A stretch of 64,000 nucleotides of DNA, taken from NCBI GenBank assembly GCA_002269645.1, contig NIVC01001392.1, forward strand, positions 1-64,000. The letters run 5' to 3'. The position numbers and the translations under genes are program-made. Below the pieces are notes generated by a model. That model did not search any database. It worked only from the letters and a program-made list of their open reading frames with translations, and was not told the origin of the DNA. Positions 62,625-64,000 of this stretch are shown here, piece by piece. Each line of letters opens with the position of its first letter. Within the stretch, counting starts at the first letter, position 1. The DNA comes from Macrostomum lignano (Eukaryota).

Positions 62625-64000
62625 TGAGTGATTCAACTTGAACTTTCCCAGCAATTGGACTATTAAAGCTTAAAGCCAGAGACCATTATAAAGCACTACT
62701 CTACGATAAGCCAATAATTCTACAGCTCGCTCATTTGGCATCCGGGCCCCTCGCAGATTGGATGCTGATCGAATGTCTCGTTAGTGGGAGTACCCGCACC
62801 TCATCACCATCGCCTATGGCCAGCCCTAAAGTTTGAACTGCTCCCCTCCCTAGCCACTGGGCATTAGACCTTTCTTCTTAGTTCCCTATAGGAATTGGCG
62901 GTCTGCCCTGCCTAGAGATTTCCTCTGATCGATGGTAAATCTCCGGCTTCAACTTCCCCTGGCCTGCTTCCCAATGCTCCTGTTTCACTTCTCAAGCTCC
63001 TCTCCCGCACTACTGCCTTTATTAGATAGATATATGGAATAGTTCACTGGGCCTGCTACTTTCATAATAGTAATGAAGAAATATATATAGCAGCAATTGA
63101 TTAAGAATTACTCTTATATTGTACTTTTAGTTATTATGATTGCAAGAATCTGACATTATACGCAGTAGTCTTAATCCCAAACTTTAACTTTACGAGTTCA
63201 AGTTTTGAAATTGGAAAGTTTTCTCACTTCTAAAGTCCTGTCTCTGTTAGGGCCTACATTTGCATACAAAGACAACTAATGCTGTCTATTCAGACTTGTT
63301 GCTGTTGTTAACCGGGGTTGCCTAATGCTGGCATGGATCAGTCTTAGTTATGCTCTGCAGCGGGAGTGATGGGTCCTCCCGCATATAAGTAATTGGAGGG
63401 CAAGACTCAAGGCTTGACCAGTGGGGGTTGGTTTACTGCGAACAACTAAACATTTTTGGCTTGACTCGCCGACTTAACGGTGAAACTGCGGTCTCAAATC
63501 AGGGTACTTCCGGCAGCCAGTGAGAGCCATTCCACAGGAGAAAAGCGAACACTACACCAAACTCCCTGTGCAGTGAGTCTCACTGGTAGGGTATCAACTT
63601 CTGGGGCTCATGCCTTACCAGCTTCTGTGGCTTAAAGCCTTCGAGATAGTCCTCTGACCAGCTCTCTTCACAGTTAGGTTCATCTAACGCAGAGGCAGCT
63701 CAAGCTCAATACTTGCGGTAATCTTCCAAAACGTAGACAGCTCGTTTGTGGGGTCATCTGCTGGATTGACTACATGGACACGCGCACACACCGGGTGATT
63801 AGTGCACCCACGATCTTGAAAAAGGGTGCTCCAAAACTTGCCTATCTGTTGTGTGATATATTACTTGACCAAAGGTATTGATATATAAAATTTGTTCTGA
63901 GACAGCCGCCAGCGTCGCTTCCTGGGATGCGAAAGGACCATATATTGAATTTCTTGAATAACCCGCCACAACTATACAATTCGTTTGCAATGCGCTTGTA

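Noticed and set aside
61937-62654. 228, 237 and 138 aa Gly-rich ORFs
   Set aside because: Translations of the 29-32 bp minisatellite.

Overview
Eukaryotic (metazoan) genomic DNA, not prokaryotic. GC-rich exons are separated by introns and intergenic DNA packed with locus-private minisatellites. This architecture suggests a free-living flatworm such as Macrostomum (inference only). Three genes can be spliced together by hand with GT-AG boundaries: a FoxO transcription factor (+, 1822-9804), a divergent beta-tubulin (-, 29387-32345, 444 aa) and a FAM234/FG-GAP beta-propeller type II membrane protein (+, ~37938-49026). The window also holds a ~15 kb 32-bp satellite, which explains all the 4000-5000 aa ORFs, three copies of a tRNA-headed CORE-type SINE, a decayed Mutator-like transposon (PHD + FLYWCH + DDE remnant, TIRs, 8-bp TSD) with nested hairpin elements, and several orphan small exons. 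Most entries in the ORF track are repeat artefacts. The most interesting observations are: (i) a minisatellite in the FoxO intron that carries about 24 tandem TGTTTACA forkhead sites; (ii) introns systematically inflated by arrays that start at, or contain, the splice donor; (iii) a 4 kb intronic array of CRE palindromes; (iv) a possible hidden minus-strand gene spanning the 15 kb satellite. No clearly novel multi-gene system is proven from sequence alone.
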